Below are positions 10,880 to 22,656 of a stretch of DNA of 63,220 nt, piece after piece. Under the pieces are notes generated by a model that saw only the letters and a program-made list of their open reading frames with translations, was not told the origin of the DNA and did not search any database. This DNA is from Leucoraja ocellata (lineage: Eukaryota). How positions within the stretch are numbered: position 1 is the first letter of the stretch; each line of letters opens with the position of its first letter. The stretch covers positions 1-63,220 of the forward strand of contig JAWMAR010000588.1 in assembly GCA_036785375.1 (NCBI GenBank), in the 5' to 3' direction. Made by a program: the position numbers and the translations under genes.

Positions 10880-11950
10880 GTTTAGTTTAGTTTATAGATA
10901 CAGTTCGGAAACCGGCCCTTTGGACCACCGAGACCGCATCGACCAGCGGTGCCCGTACACTAACGCTATCCTACACACACTGGGGACAGTTTGCATTCAT
11001 ACCAACCCAAATAACCTACAAATGTGTACGTCTTTCGAGTGTGAGGACACACTCACACTTGGGAAAGGGGGAGATGCAGCGAGACCTGGGTGTCATGGTA
11101 CACCAGTCATTGAAGGTAGGCATGCAGGTGCAGCAGGCAGTAAAGAAAGCGAATGGCATGTTGGCTTTCATAGCAAGAGGATTTGAGTATAGGAGCAGGG
11201 AGGTTCTACTGCAGTTGTATAGGGTCTTGGTGAGACCACACCTGGAGTATTGCGTGCAGTTTTGGTCTCCAAATCTGAGGAAGGACATTATTGCCATAGA
11301 GGGAGTGCAGAGAAGGTTCACCAGACTGATTCCTGGGATGTCAGGACTGTCTTATGAAGAAAGACTGGATAGACTTGGTTTATACTCTCTAGAGTTTAGG
11401 AGATTGAGAGGGGATCTTATAAAAACTTACAAAATTCTTAAGGGGTTGGACAGGCTAGATGCAGGAAGATTGTTTCCGATGTTGGGGAAGTCCAGGACAA
11501 GGGGTCACAGGTTAAGGATAAGGGGGAAATCCTTTAAAACAGAGATGAGGAGAACTTTTTTCACACAGAGAGTGGTGAATCTCTGGAACTCTCTGCCACA
11601 GAGGGTAGTTGAGGCCAGTTCATTGGCTATATTTAAGAGGGAGTTAGATGTGGCCCTTGTGGCCAAGGGGATCAGAGGGTATGGAGAAAAGGCAGGTACG
11701 GGATACTGAGTTGGATGATCAGCCATGATCATATTAAATGGCGGTGCAGGCTCGAAGGGCCGAATGGCCTACTCCTGCACCTAATTTCTATGTTTCTATG
11801 TTTCTATGTGAGGGGAAACCGAAGATCTCGGATAACACCCACGCAGATCACAGGGTGAACGTACAAATTCTGTAAAGACAAGCACCCGTAGTTAGTAACA
11901 AACCCAGGTCTCTGGCGCTGTAAGGCAGTAGCTCGGCCACTTCGCCACCC
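10880..11950 (-). mobile_element. tRNA-derived HE1-like SINE split by a CR1 insertion
   Basis: Tail gtttagtttagttt at 10880 and tRNA-like head at ~11890-11950. Homologous to the + strand SINE at 19618-19902. Confidence 0.75.
11047..11806 (+). mobile_element. 5'-truncated young CR1 LINE (family A, (TTTCTATG)n tail) with 7-bp target-site duplication
   Basis: Open ORF2 C-terminus QRDLGV...[19 protein letters not shown]...RRLRGDLI...FFTQRVVNLWNSLP. Tail tttctatgtttctatgtttcta. TGTGAGG occurs at 11040-11046 and 11807-11813. Confidence 0.92.
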
Positions 11951-12733
11951 TGTTCTTGGACGAGGGTATCAGTAAATTGTCTGGCAACGTGCCTTTTAGA
12001 TGGAGCCAGTGGGTAGGAAGTGCAAGTGAAATATAAATATAAATATTGCACCAGTGTCCTCTATCCACGGGCATATAGATATTCAGGAAATGGAGAGATA
12101 TGTATCTTGTTCTTATGTTTAGCACTGACCTTGTGCCTGAAGGGTCTGTTGCTGTGCTGATTAGAAACCCAATCAGATTCTCTATTTGCCTCTATAACAG
12201 CTTAGGATGGTTACATCCTATTTCCAACTGTTCTCTGGTTGAAGAACATCTTCCTCCCATTCCCTCTTGGAATATTTAGTGTTATTATTCAGCAGAGATT
12301 CATGAACAAATAGAAGCAATCACATCTACAGTATCAATCCCAGTGGTGAGTTATACTCCTCCATAGGACCCTGCATTCCACTTCCATCTGTGTTGTCAGA
12401 TAAAGTGGAGCTAAGATAAAGAACATGTCAGTTGTATTAAACTAAATGTTTTGTTGTTTTGCCAGAAAAGATAGAACAGATGATGATGGTTTACACCGAA
12501 GATACACACAACATATTGGAGTAATTCGGTGGGTCAGGTAGCACCTCTGGGCATTCCGTCGCTACAGAGATTCTGCCTCATCTGCTGAGTTACTGCATCA
12601 TTTTGTGTCTGGGCTGAAAATTTGTTCAGCTAGAGAAAAATTCTGATTGGGAAAGAAGTAAGTTGGAATGATCTTATAATTGAAGGCTTTTTCTTCGTGT
12701 CTTCACTGATTCTGACGCTTCTTACACTTGCAG

Positions 12734-13017
12734 AAAACCCTGAGGTATTTATTGTGATTAAACGTGATGGGTCGCAATCACTGAGACTCTCCTGCCTTGT
12801 CACAGGCTTCTACCCACAGGCCATCGATGTAATGTGGCTGAGAGATGGTGAAGGGATCCACGAGTCTGAATCCAGTGATTTGTTACCCAATTGGGATGGG
12901 ACTTACCAGCTGAAGAATACAATTGAAATGAGTAGAGAAGATGTGGCAAAATCCCCCTGTTACATCGAACATACAACTCTGCAGGGAGTCAATGTTCCAC
13001 AAGTGGCACTTCAATGA
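12734..13017 (+). pseudogene. MHC class I-like heavy chain pseudogene, alpha3 (C1-set Ig) exon
   Basis: Phase-1 acceptor cttgcag| at 12733. Translation (E)NPEVFIV...LRLSCLVTGFYPQAIDVMWLRDG...LLPNWDGTYQLK...PCYIEHTTL...ALQ* has the class I alpha3 motifs C..GFYP, W..DG, P..DGTYQ and C..EH. The terminal Trp codon position is TGA. No TM exon was recognised downstream. Confidence 0.92.
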
Positions 13018-13159
13018 GTCTGATCACTTGAAACCATAAACCTCCTGGACTGAGATCTCCAGCGCAGTAAGGCAGCAGCTCCAGCGCTACGCCACAGTGC
13101 CACCCATTATTAATTTGTGGTTATCTTATTGCCCAGAAATATTGATATTCAATGGGATG

Positions 13160-13450
13160 TAGTTTTAGTTTCAAGATACAATGCAGAATCAGGTCCTTTG
13201 GCCCACCAAGTCCGCGTCAACCAGCGATCCGTGCACATTTACATTATCCTACATATTAGGGACAATTTACAATTTTACCGAAACCAATTAACCTAGAAAC
13301 CTGTGCGTCTTTGGAATGTGGGGGAGAAAAAAGCACCCGGAAAAACTCACGCCATCATGGGGAGAAGGTACAAACTCCGTACAGACAGCACCCGTAGTCA
13401 GGATTGAACCCAGGGTTCTGGCGCTGTGATGCAGCAAATCTGTCGCTGTG
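13160..13450 (-). mobile_element. HE1-like tRNA-derived SINE
   Basis: Homologous to 19618-19902, with a B-box on the minus strand (caggattgaaccc on +). Confidence 0.75.
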
Positions 13451-13544
13451 CGGATACAGGTGCAAACAATTATGACGGGCGTAAATGTAGTAAATACTGG
13501 AAACGATCTACGGAGGGGTTTTGCAGAGCAAGTCCATAGCTCCG

Positions 13545-15330
13545 TGTAGGTGTCAACACAGGCAGATATAGTGATTAATAAGGTGTATAATGTGCATGCC
13601 TTCATCGGTGGAGACATTGAACATAAGAGTCAAGTTGTCGCTTTATAGAACTGTGGTCAGGCGGCATTTGGACTATTTCATGTAGTTCTAGTCGCTCCAT
13701 TACAGGCTGGATTTAAAGGCTCAGGAGACTGGTGCAGCAGAAGTGGTTCAGAGGAGAATACCTGAATTCGGGAGTAGGAGAGATTTGACAAACTGATTTC
13801 TCTGAAGCATCAAAGGTTAAAGAGAAAACGTATAGAAGTACAGAAAAATAAGAGAGAACTAGATAGGGTCGACAGTTAGGTTTTGTTTCCCCGCAGGGTG
13901 GAAATGTCAAAGATTAAAGGGCACAGCTTTAAGGTCAGACGGAGCTACTTTAAAGGAAGTGTGCATGGCAACATTTTGTTTGCACAGAAAGCGGCGAGTG
14001 CCTGGAACGTGTTGACGGAGATGGTGGTGTGGAGAGATAGTGCTGTTTAAGAATGTGTTGATAGACGGAGGGATATGTTGGGATATGGAAGAATATGGAG
14101 GAATATGGATGGATAGGGAGGGAAAATAACCACATAGGGTCTGAGGATATTACTTTAACGTGGCATCATGTTCGACACAGACATTGCTGGCACAGGTGCC
14201 CGTCCTTGTTCTATATTCGATACTTTCAAACATGCCAGTTGTATCTAAGACTAGATTATATGGGTTTAGGGCAAGATAGGTGGTTTAAAGGAGATCTGAA
14301 GAACAATTAATGCCACAGAGGCTGATTGTAATCTGGAACATATTGGCTGTCCGGATTGTGGAGGCAGAAATTCTCACAATGTTTAAGAACTATCTGGACA
14401 ATCAATTCAAGCCATAGTCTATAGAAGATTACTCGCCAAGTGCTGGTGAATGGGATCAATGTAGATGGGTATTTGATTTGACTGCAAAGAGAAGGTGGAC
14501 CGAAGGGTCTGTTTCTGTCTCCATGGCTCTATAACTGCGTGACTGACTCCATTTCAGTGCGGGCGATCCACTTTAGCCAGAACCCGTGAAACACCGACTG
14601 AACTCAATTGGGTCGTTTAATTAATGAATATCGAAGATCGGCTTCCATTTAGATTTCCTCCGAATAGTGTTCCGCATTTAAAGTTAGCGGATCAAAATCT
14701 GCTAGTTCTATGCATAAACATAATCGAACCAAACTCCAGTACTATAGAGAACACGAACGGAAAGGGTGTGACAATTTATTTCAAGAGTGCCAGGGATGTA
14801 ATGCTGAGGCTCTTCAGGCGCAGATAAGGCTGCATTTGGAATATTGTGAGCAATTCTGAGCTCCCTATCGGAGCTCTGGATTGCGTCCAGGAGGCGTTGA
14901 TAAAAGTGGACCAGCACTCGCTTGAGTTTAGAGGAAGGAGGGGGGGGGGGGGGCTTATTGAAACATACATAATAGTGAGTGGATGTGTAGATGATGTTTC
15001 CACTGGTGGTATCGACGAAGGCGAGAGTACGAATTAAATGACGTTTGTTTTGTAAGGAGATTAGGGGGGATTTCTTTAGTCAGATGGTGGTGAATCTGTG
15101 CTACAGAAGGCTGTGGAGGCCGTTATTTGATATATTTAAGGCAGAGATGGATAGATTCTTGATTAGTACGGGTGTCAGATGTTATGGGAAGAAGGCAGGA
15201 GAATGAGTGATAAATAGATCAGCCATGATTGAGTGGCTGAGCAGACTTTACGGACCGAATGACCTATATAACCACATAACCATAATTCTGACCTACTTCT
15301 GCTCCTATCACTTATGATCGTATGATCTTA
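13545..15330 (+). mobile_element. Cluster of old CR1 3' fragments (~13545-14190, 14270-14540, 14790-15330)
   Basis: Degenerate CR1 ORF2-end and 3'UTR motifs (e.g. gtggtgaatctgtg, gaaggcaggagaatg, gatcagccatgatt). Confidence 0.6.
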
Positions 15331-15771
15331 CGATTTTAAGAAGAAAGAGGCAATCTCGATGCACGAAAGAGAAAGGTTGCTAATATCCCTGATTCTGCGG
15401 ATCTATAGCGATACAATATGTTAGCACTTTATTCGTGCCCGGAGGTAAATTGGTGTGCCAACAATTATAATATCCAACAAGCAACACGAAAACTTGAAAT
15501 CAAAATTGAATTAAAAGTGAAAAGTAAAAAAAGACAATATACATGTCCGTAGGTTCCTGCACAGTCCTCGCATTTGTCTGCAAATGTAGATCCGCAAATC
15601 CAGGACTATTTTTTCCATAACAACTGGAGAATCCTGGCATATTAAGAAATGCGTGTTTCTACTTGAAATGTTATCAATTGCTTCATTTCGTCGGAAAATA
15701 TTGCGCAGTACCTTAATTAGTCCTAATTGGCATCTGGTCAATTTCGCCAGTTTAAAAGACTGTCACTAGTC

Positions 15772-15821
15772 CCAATCATTTTACCCTGCTAATGAGTGAC
15801 TAGATTTCTCCCGAGTATAAA
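15772..15821 (+). promoter_or_regulatory. Candidate core promoter of the intact GPCR (CCAAT at 15772, TATAAA at 15816)
   Basis: Motifs lie directly upstream of the ATG at 15850 and would imply a very short 5' UTR. This is a motif match only. Confidence 0.25.
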
Positions 15822-15849
15822 CGGTGACAGCATTGACTGGAAAGCTAGT

Positions 15850-15919
15850 ATGAAACAGCCGGTAATAATTCAGGTAGAAAACATTTACTATCCGATCCTT
15901 GCCATCATCGGCATTCCTG
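15850..15919 (+). CDS. GPR139/GPR142-like orphan class A GPCR, coding exon 1 (MKQPVIIQVENIYYPILAIIGIP)
   Basis: ATG at 15850, 23 codons plus 1 nt, then donor G|GTAAG at 15919/15920. It joins in phase 1 to 19960 to give TM1 ...YYPILAIIGIPANVVAIVIL, restoring the conserved TM1 Asn. Confidence 0.88.
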
Positions 15920-16209
15920 GTAAGCCGCTTATTATCACATGTTAATCCTTTCGTTGTGTAGTTCTGTGTTGTTAAGTGGAAGTTGTTATTATGGTATATG
16001 GACACATCGATCTGTATTGTAGTAAATGCCTACTATGGTATGTGTGCTGAAGAAACGCAACAATGTCATTGTCCTAACAGGGACACATGACAATAAACTC
16101 ACTTCAACTTGAACTTGAAGTGTAAACTTAATTGTCTGTTTGATTTAGTATTGGCAGTCAAATACTGATCGACATGTAACGAGCGAAAATGGCGTACCTA
16201 CTGTTTCTT

Positions 16210-16490
16210 TTAGATGTACAGCGTGGAAATAGGCCCTCAGACCCACTAAGTACGCGCCGACAAACTATCACCGTACGCGCGTTCTGTCATACATATCAGG
16301 GATAATTTACAGAAGCCAATTTACCTACCAACCCGCAGGCCTTTGGAATGTGGGAAGAAACTGGAGAACTAGAAAGAAACCCATAGCCACAGGGAGAAGG
16401 ACTAACCTCCTCGCTGAGAGCACCCGAGTTCATGATTGAACCCGAGTGTCCGGCGCCGCGAGACCGCATCTCTGCCAACTGCACTACCCT
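16210..16490 (-). mobile_element. HE1-like SINE in the GPCR intron
   Basis: Homologous to the other HE1-like copies (gaagccaatttacctac...tttggaatgtggg...gattgaacccg). Confidence 0.7.
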
Positions 16491-16717
16491 ACTCTAGAAA
16501 CCAGTACGACTAACAATTTAAACCTCCCATAATAACTTCGTGATCCCCAAATGCGTCTCCAATGCGAAGTAACGACAGGCGGCAAAGCAGGAAATCTGAT
16601 AGAAACCTAATGTTCCAATAGCTCGTTCCCAATTCCGCCTTACATTCATCGTGGGAAACACTGATTAGAGGGCACATATTTAGAATGAGAGGGACAAAGT
16701 CTGATAAAATATCATTA

Positions 16718-17085
16718 GTTTGAAGAAGTGTCCGGACCTGAAACATCGTCTCTCAATTTCCCTCCGTATGAGATGCCTGCCTGTTGAGTCCATCCACCAT
16801 TTTGCACTTCGCTCTGTAGTCCCGTACTTCGATCTGCAGTCTTTCGTGTCTCCTAGAATAATTAGGCTCCCGGGTTTGTTCAGGATTGAACAGCAGATGC
16901 CGGCTTCCACCGGTGAAAGGGAAAAACGCTGGAACAACAGGTGCAGGGGCAGCATCCATGGATAGAAGGAATGCATGACACTTCGGATCGAACCCATTCC
17001 TCAGGCTTGAGCCGAGACATCACCGATTCCTTCTATCCAGGGATGCTGCGTGGCCCGCTGAATTGCTCCAGCGTTCTGGGTCTGT
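16718..17085. mobile_element. Penelope-like terminal-repeat fragments
   Basis: tgaagaagtgtccggacctgaaacatcg at ~16721, and an inverted pair at ~16925-17085. Confidence 0.45.
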
Positions 17086-17644
17086 CCCAGGTTTGTTCAC
17101 AAAGCTCTTCCAATAAGTGAGCGGGCGGAACACTTGGTAAGTCACGGAATCTGCAGACAGAACCAATTCAGCGGGCGAGCGACAATCTCCGTGAATTAGA
17201 CGTAGTTAGCCGGATATGTTTTTAGCGGTTCGGCGGGAGATCTTTGGCAATATTGAAATAGAATGACTACACCATTTCACGTTCCACCGCAGCCTTCTAG
17301 AACTCCATGAATGTCCAATTCCGCCAATATTATCCCATTGACTCGATGGGAATAGACCAACAGCAAAAATCTGTAGCCTCCCTATGATCTGGTATTTTGT
17401 TGGTTCACATGCTTGATCAATGGTGTTTTATCATTAATGTTTTATTATTATTAATGTTTAGTGTTTTCGGAGTCATTCGAAACTGTCACTGTACGTCATG
17501 TAGTTACTTGTGGGCGGAGCACCAAGGGAAATTCCTTGTATGTGAATAACTTGGCCAATAAACTTACTTACTTACTCTTCGGAAAAACGCATGATTGGAG
17601 ACCTCCCAGTTCAGCCTAAAACACGCGCTCCAATTTACCGAGAC

Positions 17645-17942
17645 TTGTTTAGACATAAGCACGAAAACAGGCCGTTTGGCCCACCGAGTCCGCGCCGACC
17701 AGTGATCCCACCGTACACAAGTGCTATCCTACCCAACTAGGGACATATTGCAATCTTTACCGAAACCAAATTAACTTGCAAATCGCATGTCTTTGGAGTG
17801 TGGGAGGAGACCGGAGCTCCCGCATAAAACTCACGCAGGTCACGGTGAGAAAGTACAAACTCCATACAGGCAGAACCGGTTGTCAGCATATAACCCGGTT
17901 CCTTGGCGCTGTAAGACAGGAACTCTACAGCTCTGCCGCCGT
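17645..17942 (-). mobile_element. HE1-like SINE in the GPCR intron
   Basis: ggcccaccgagtccgcgccgaccagtgatc...ctttggagtgtgggagg...ggcgctgtaag, homologous to the other copies. Confidence 0.75.
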
Positions 17943-19617
17943 AATTAGATTTCGGGCATCTTGAAATACTTCATGGATGGCAAAGCATATTTCCGCAGAC
18001 ACCTCGATATTTCATTATGGATGGATTATCATCAAATGTGAAGACGTACTTGAATAATAATGGATTATATAGGATGAATATGCAGTTCATTTTACCATGT
18101 TATGTAAATGCAAAAAACAGAAGACATCGCTTTAAGGTGAGAGGGGAATGATATAATAAGAATCTAAGTGGATTTTTTTTCACATAGGATCGTATGAGCT
18201 GCCAGAGGAGGTTGGTGAGGGAGGTACAATAACAACATTTAAAATACATTTGGACAGGTACATGGATAAGAAATGAATAGACGGACATAGGTCAAACACA
18301 GGTAAGTGGGACTAGCTCACATGGAGTACCTTGGTTGGCATAGACGAGTGAGGCCGATGGGCTAGTTTCGTTGTCGCGATTCATGTAGTCGGCGACGTGA
18401 ACCTAGCAATATATTGTTGTTGTTTTTTTTAATCAGAATCACTGGTTCGTCATAACTCCCTGACATTTGACCCGGAGCACATTTTAACTGCATTTTATCT
18501 AAAAAGCGAGTTTGCCTCTGGAGTGATAGAATGGTTATACCGCAAGGCGCGGTGTTGGAGAGTGGTTACCAAAGGTCGCCTTTCTTGCCGCTCCACATTC
18601 CGCCCTGGTCCATGACATAAGAATCACAATGCACTATATGCTACATACCTGATTAGATTGTAAAACAGAGTCAGGGGTAGGGGAACGAGAGATGTAGACG
18701 GTATTTAAGACAAATGTATGGAAGATTTGCGGGAAACAACGATAATGAAGGGAAGAGGCTCAGAAAAACTATACGTGCCTTTAGAAGCAAGGAGCGGAGG
18801 AATACCTTTAGTCAGGGGGTGGTGAATCTGTGGAACTCATTGCCACCGTCGGCTCTGCAGGCCAAGACTATTGATATTTATTTTAAGGCGGAGATTTACA
18901 GATTAATGATTAATACGTGTATTCGGGATTATGGGCCGAAAGCAGGAGAATTGGGTTGAATGAGCTTGAGCTCTTATGGCCAGCGCAATCAAGGAATATG
19001 GGGAGAAGGCAGGAATGGATTACTAATTTTGGACGATCAGCCAGAATCACATTGAATGGCGGTGCTGGCTCGAAGGGCCAAATGGCCTACTCGTGCACTT
19101 ATTTTCTATGTTTCCATGAGAGAGAAATATAGATGCGCCGTGATTCATTGGCGCAGTAGATTGAATGGGTCGATGACCGGATTCTGATCCAAGAAGGTAT
19201 GAACAGCATAGAGGACTGCAGGTGAAGTGTAAGGCCAGTGAGAGGGACATAGGTGGGGTGAGAGGGGATCGTAGTTGGAAAGAGGGGCGGGATAGTGGGC
19301 GAATTGAATGATAAATGGATGGGCTCGTGGTTGTACAGAGACAGAGAGAGAGGGGGGGATAGGGGATATTACTTAAAATGCACTGATCAATGTTCATACC
19401 GATCGGTTATACGTTATCTGTTGGATCGTATGGCAAATCGATATTTGGTCGAAATGGAATCTGAAAACCCAGTCATGCGGTTCATGTAGTCGGCGACGTG
19501 AACCTACCAATATATTGCTTTTATCAGAATCACTGGCATATCGAAGCGACGAGGGATCGAAGTAGGATTGAAAGCCAAAAATCTTCACATTTTCGCAAAA
19601 ACTGTCAGATTAACTTT

Positions 19618-19902
19618 AGCGGCACGGTGGTGCAGCGGTAGGATTGCTGCTTTACAGCGCAAGGGACCAGGGTTCCATCCTGACCACTCTGTCTGCACGG
19701 AGTTTGTACATTTCCCGTGTGATCGCATGTATTTTCTCCGGGTGCTCTGGTTTCCTCTCGGAACCCAAACACGTGCAGGTTAATTTGCTTCTGTAAATTG
19801 GTTCTAGTGTGTCGGATAGAACTACTGTGAACCGGTGATCGCTGGACGGCGAGGACTCGGTGGGCCGAACGTCCCGTTCCCAAGCTGCATCTCTAAACTA
19901 AG
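19618..19902 (+). mobile_element. Near full-length HE1-like tRNA-derived SINE
   Basis: Head ggcacggtggtgcagcgg (A-box), ggttccatcctg (B-box-like), and 3' end gactcggtgggccgaa...ctctaaactaa. Confidence 0.8.
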
Positions 19903-19959
19903 CTTCCTGCAAGACCAATAACGGGTAGTAAAGTCATTTTAATTTTGTCTTTTCTACAG

Positions 19960-20870
19960 CTAACGTGGTGGCAATCGTCATTCTCGCCCGAGGAAAGTGC
20001 GGTCTCTCCAAATGTATCACCCTTTACCTGGTATATATGGCCGTGGGTGATTTAATGGTTCTGATCTTCGAGGTAATCCTCTACGAGATTAAAGATGGCT
20101 ATTTCCCCAATTCATTTCTGAACTTAACTCCTGTTTGTAGCGTCAACTTGACCATGCTTTTTATGTCCATTGATTGCTCTGTCTGGCTAACGGTAACTTT
20201 CACCTTCGATCGATTTGTTGCTATTTGTTGTCCAAAGTTACGAGGAAGGTATTGCACTGGGAAAACTGCGAGTTTGGTGATAGCAGTGGTGTGTTCCCTG
20301 AGTGTTATTGAAAATATCCCAATGTATTTTGTCTACGCACCACGAGAAATCATTAACAACGTGGCTTGGTCATGTGGCGTAACCCCAGACTTCTACACCT
20401 CACCGTTACTGGTAGCATTTTGGTCGTTCGAAACTATTTTAACCCCATTTATACCATTCCTACTGATCATGCTCCTCAACGCCCTGACAATCAGACACAT
20501 TATACACGCCAACAGAGTGAGGAGCAGTCTCCGAGCGAACAAGAAGGAGGAGAGCAGCGCAGATCAGGAGGTGGATAATAGAAGGAAGTCCATCATTCTA
20601 TTGCTGGCCGTATCCGGCAGCTTCGTGCTACTGTGGATGGTAATATTCGTGTGCTTCATCAGTGTACGATTTATAGACGTGCAGCTTTTAGCAACAGATT
20701 ACGACGACCCATTTACCGTGGCAGAACAATCCGGATACATGCTGAGGTGTCTGAGTGCTTGCACCAACACGTTTATTTACGCCGTGTCACAGACGAAATT
20801 CAGGGAAGAATTAAAAACCCTGTTTAGGGGTCCTTGCGGGTTCTTGTCTAATTCACTAAAGCACTTTTAA
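19960..20870 (+). CDS. GPR139/GPR142-like orphan class A (rhodopsin-family) GPCR, main coding exon; spliced product 326 aa
   Basis: Acceptor ttttctacag|CT AAC GTG at 19959/19960 and an uninterrupted ORF to TAA at 20870. Seven hydrophobic segments with MAVGD (TM2), SVWLTVTFTFDRFVAICC (TM3, DRY-like), NRRKSIILL (ICL3/TM6) and CTNTFIYAVSQTKFREEL (TM7/helix 8). Confidence 0.93.
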
Positions 20871-21344
20871 TTTATCAGTGAAACCACAATTCATTTCAAA
20901 GTGACGTTATATTCGTGTTATTTTATTATATCCTACATCCCCATCCTCCTTCCTTTTCACCAGCTGGTCAAGGTCTTACTGTAATTCATGATCCCATTTC
21001 TACTGTGTGGGTTAACACGTCGTTTAACTTCATTGTGTATATGTATAAGGAGCTGATAGTTGAATATTGTATTCAGCATTGTTGCCAATAATGTGTCCTC
21101 CTGATCTGTTCGACACTTAAAGCCGATTTAATGGAAATTCGCTGTGCACTACACTGTGCATGTAAGCGCCCTTCCCTCCAAAAATCTGCCACCCTCTTTT
21201 AGCCCATCTACACTAATCTTAGTTTCCCATTTTGGTGGTTCACACAATTAACCGGTGATAGGGTCGTAAAGTCATACATTTCTGTATGCCTTTACGACCC
21301 TTTCATTTGTGTCGTCATTAAACAGTTGGCTTTAAAATACATAT

Positions 21345-21690
21345 TTTATTCACCGCGGAGCAGGCGATACCTTACCTGGATCGCTGTTTGAAGCTCTGGA
21401 GTGTTGGGCCTGCTGCTTCAACATCATGGAGCTGTGGTTTGCGGAGCTCCCAGCCTCGAGCCGCGCTGATTTCAACATCGTGGAGCCCTGGGGTACCTTT
21501 GCCGAGGGCCGCTAGCGTGATTCTCCACCCAGCTAAGCCAGGAGGCGACTTCTCCGGTAGGAAGTGGCCGATTCGGAAGTCCAAGCCGCTGAAAATGTTC
21601 TCCTGTTCCGTTGTCGGATGGTGACCCCAAATTTCATTGCACCAATTGGTGCATGTGACAATAAGTGTCACTTGAATTGAATGTGGAATA
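21345..21690 (+). mobile_element. GC-rich SINE-like element with Rex1-type 3' tail
   Basis: Ends aaatttcattgcacc...gtgacaataa...ttgaattgaat. The same tail type occurs at ~38700-38750, 46850-46925 and 58520-58560. Confidence 0.5.
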
Positions 21691-21764
21691 TTAATAAATA
21701 AATAAATTGCAAATACACTAAGAGCTATAATGTTTTTTTCTCGCCTTGTTCATAGCAAAATCAT

Positions 21765-22656
21765 CCAGAGGTTCACCAAGGAGATGTCAGGCAAGCTGAT
21801 TCAGTGTGGTGCTTGCAGTATGTGGGAGGTCAAGGACACTGCTGGTGCCTCTGGCTGCTACAAATATGTTAAGTGCATCCAGGTACAACTCCTGGAGGAC
21901 CGTGTTGGGAAATTGGAGAAGCAAGTGGATGACCTCAGGTTCGTCCGAGATTCTGAGTCGTTCCTCGACAAATCCTACAGTAAAAGGGAGGGAAGCATGG
22001 AATGCAAACGTCCCCGGGTCTTGTACCTCTTGTGAATAGGTTAACCCACTTAGAAACTGTCGGGTCAGAAGACGTTATTACACTGAGCGGCGGACTGGCT
22101 TGCGAAGCAAAAAGGGCTGTTGGGCCAAAACCAAAGAGGCCAATGTCAGGCAATGCCATTGTAGTGGGAGACTCCATTGTGAGAGGTACGGACAGTGGTT
22201 TATGCGGCAATAGACGGGATTCGAGGATGGTGTGCTACCTTCCTGGTGCCAGGATTCAGGGTGTCACGGACAGAGTGCAGAAAATCCTCAAGGGCGAATG
22301 TGAACAGCCTGAGGTGGTAGTGCATGTCGGCACAAACGATGTCGGAAAGAAGGTGATGACTATGCTGCAGCGTGACATCAGAGAGCTCGGAAAAATGCTG
22401 AAAAGCAGGACCTCCAGTGTTGTTATCTCCGGTTTGCTTCCAGTTCCTCGTGCTGGCGAGAGCAGGAACAGGGAGATACGGAACCTAAAGGTGTGGCTGA
22501 GGAACTGGTGCACGGGGCAGGGATTTCGATGCTTAGATCACTGGGATCTGTTTTGGAGTAAGGGGGAACTGTACAAAAGGCACGGATTGAATCTTCACAG
22601 GTGGGGGACAAGCATTCTGGCAGGCGTGTTTGCCACTGCTACACGGGTGGTATTAA
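21765..22656 (+). mobile_element. CR1 LINE ORF1 (zinc finger + SGNH/GDSL esterase), family A
   Basis: QCGACSMWEV...KCIQVQLL, then AIVVGDSIVRGTD, VVHVGTNDVG and VVISGLLPVP. The frame ending ...RVVLN* resumes at 25681 after a nested insertion. Confidence 0.88.

Noticed and set aside
19618-19690. tRNA gene
   Set aside because: A/B boxes are present, but the sequence continues into a SINE body found several times in the window and no full cloverleaf is evident.
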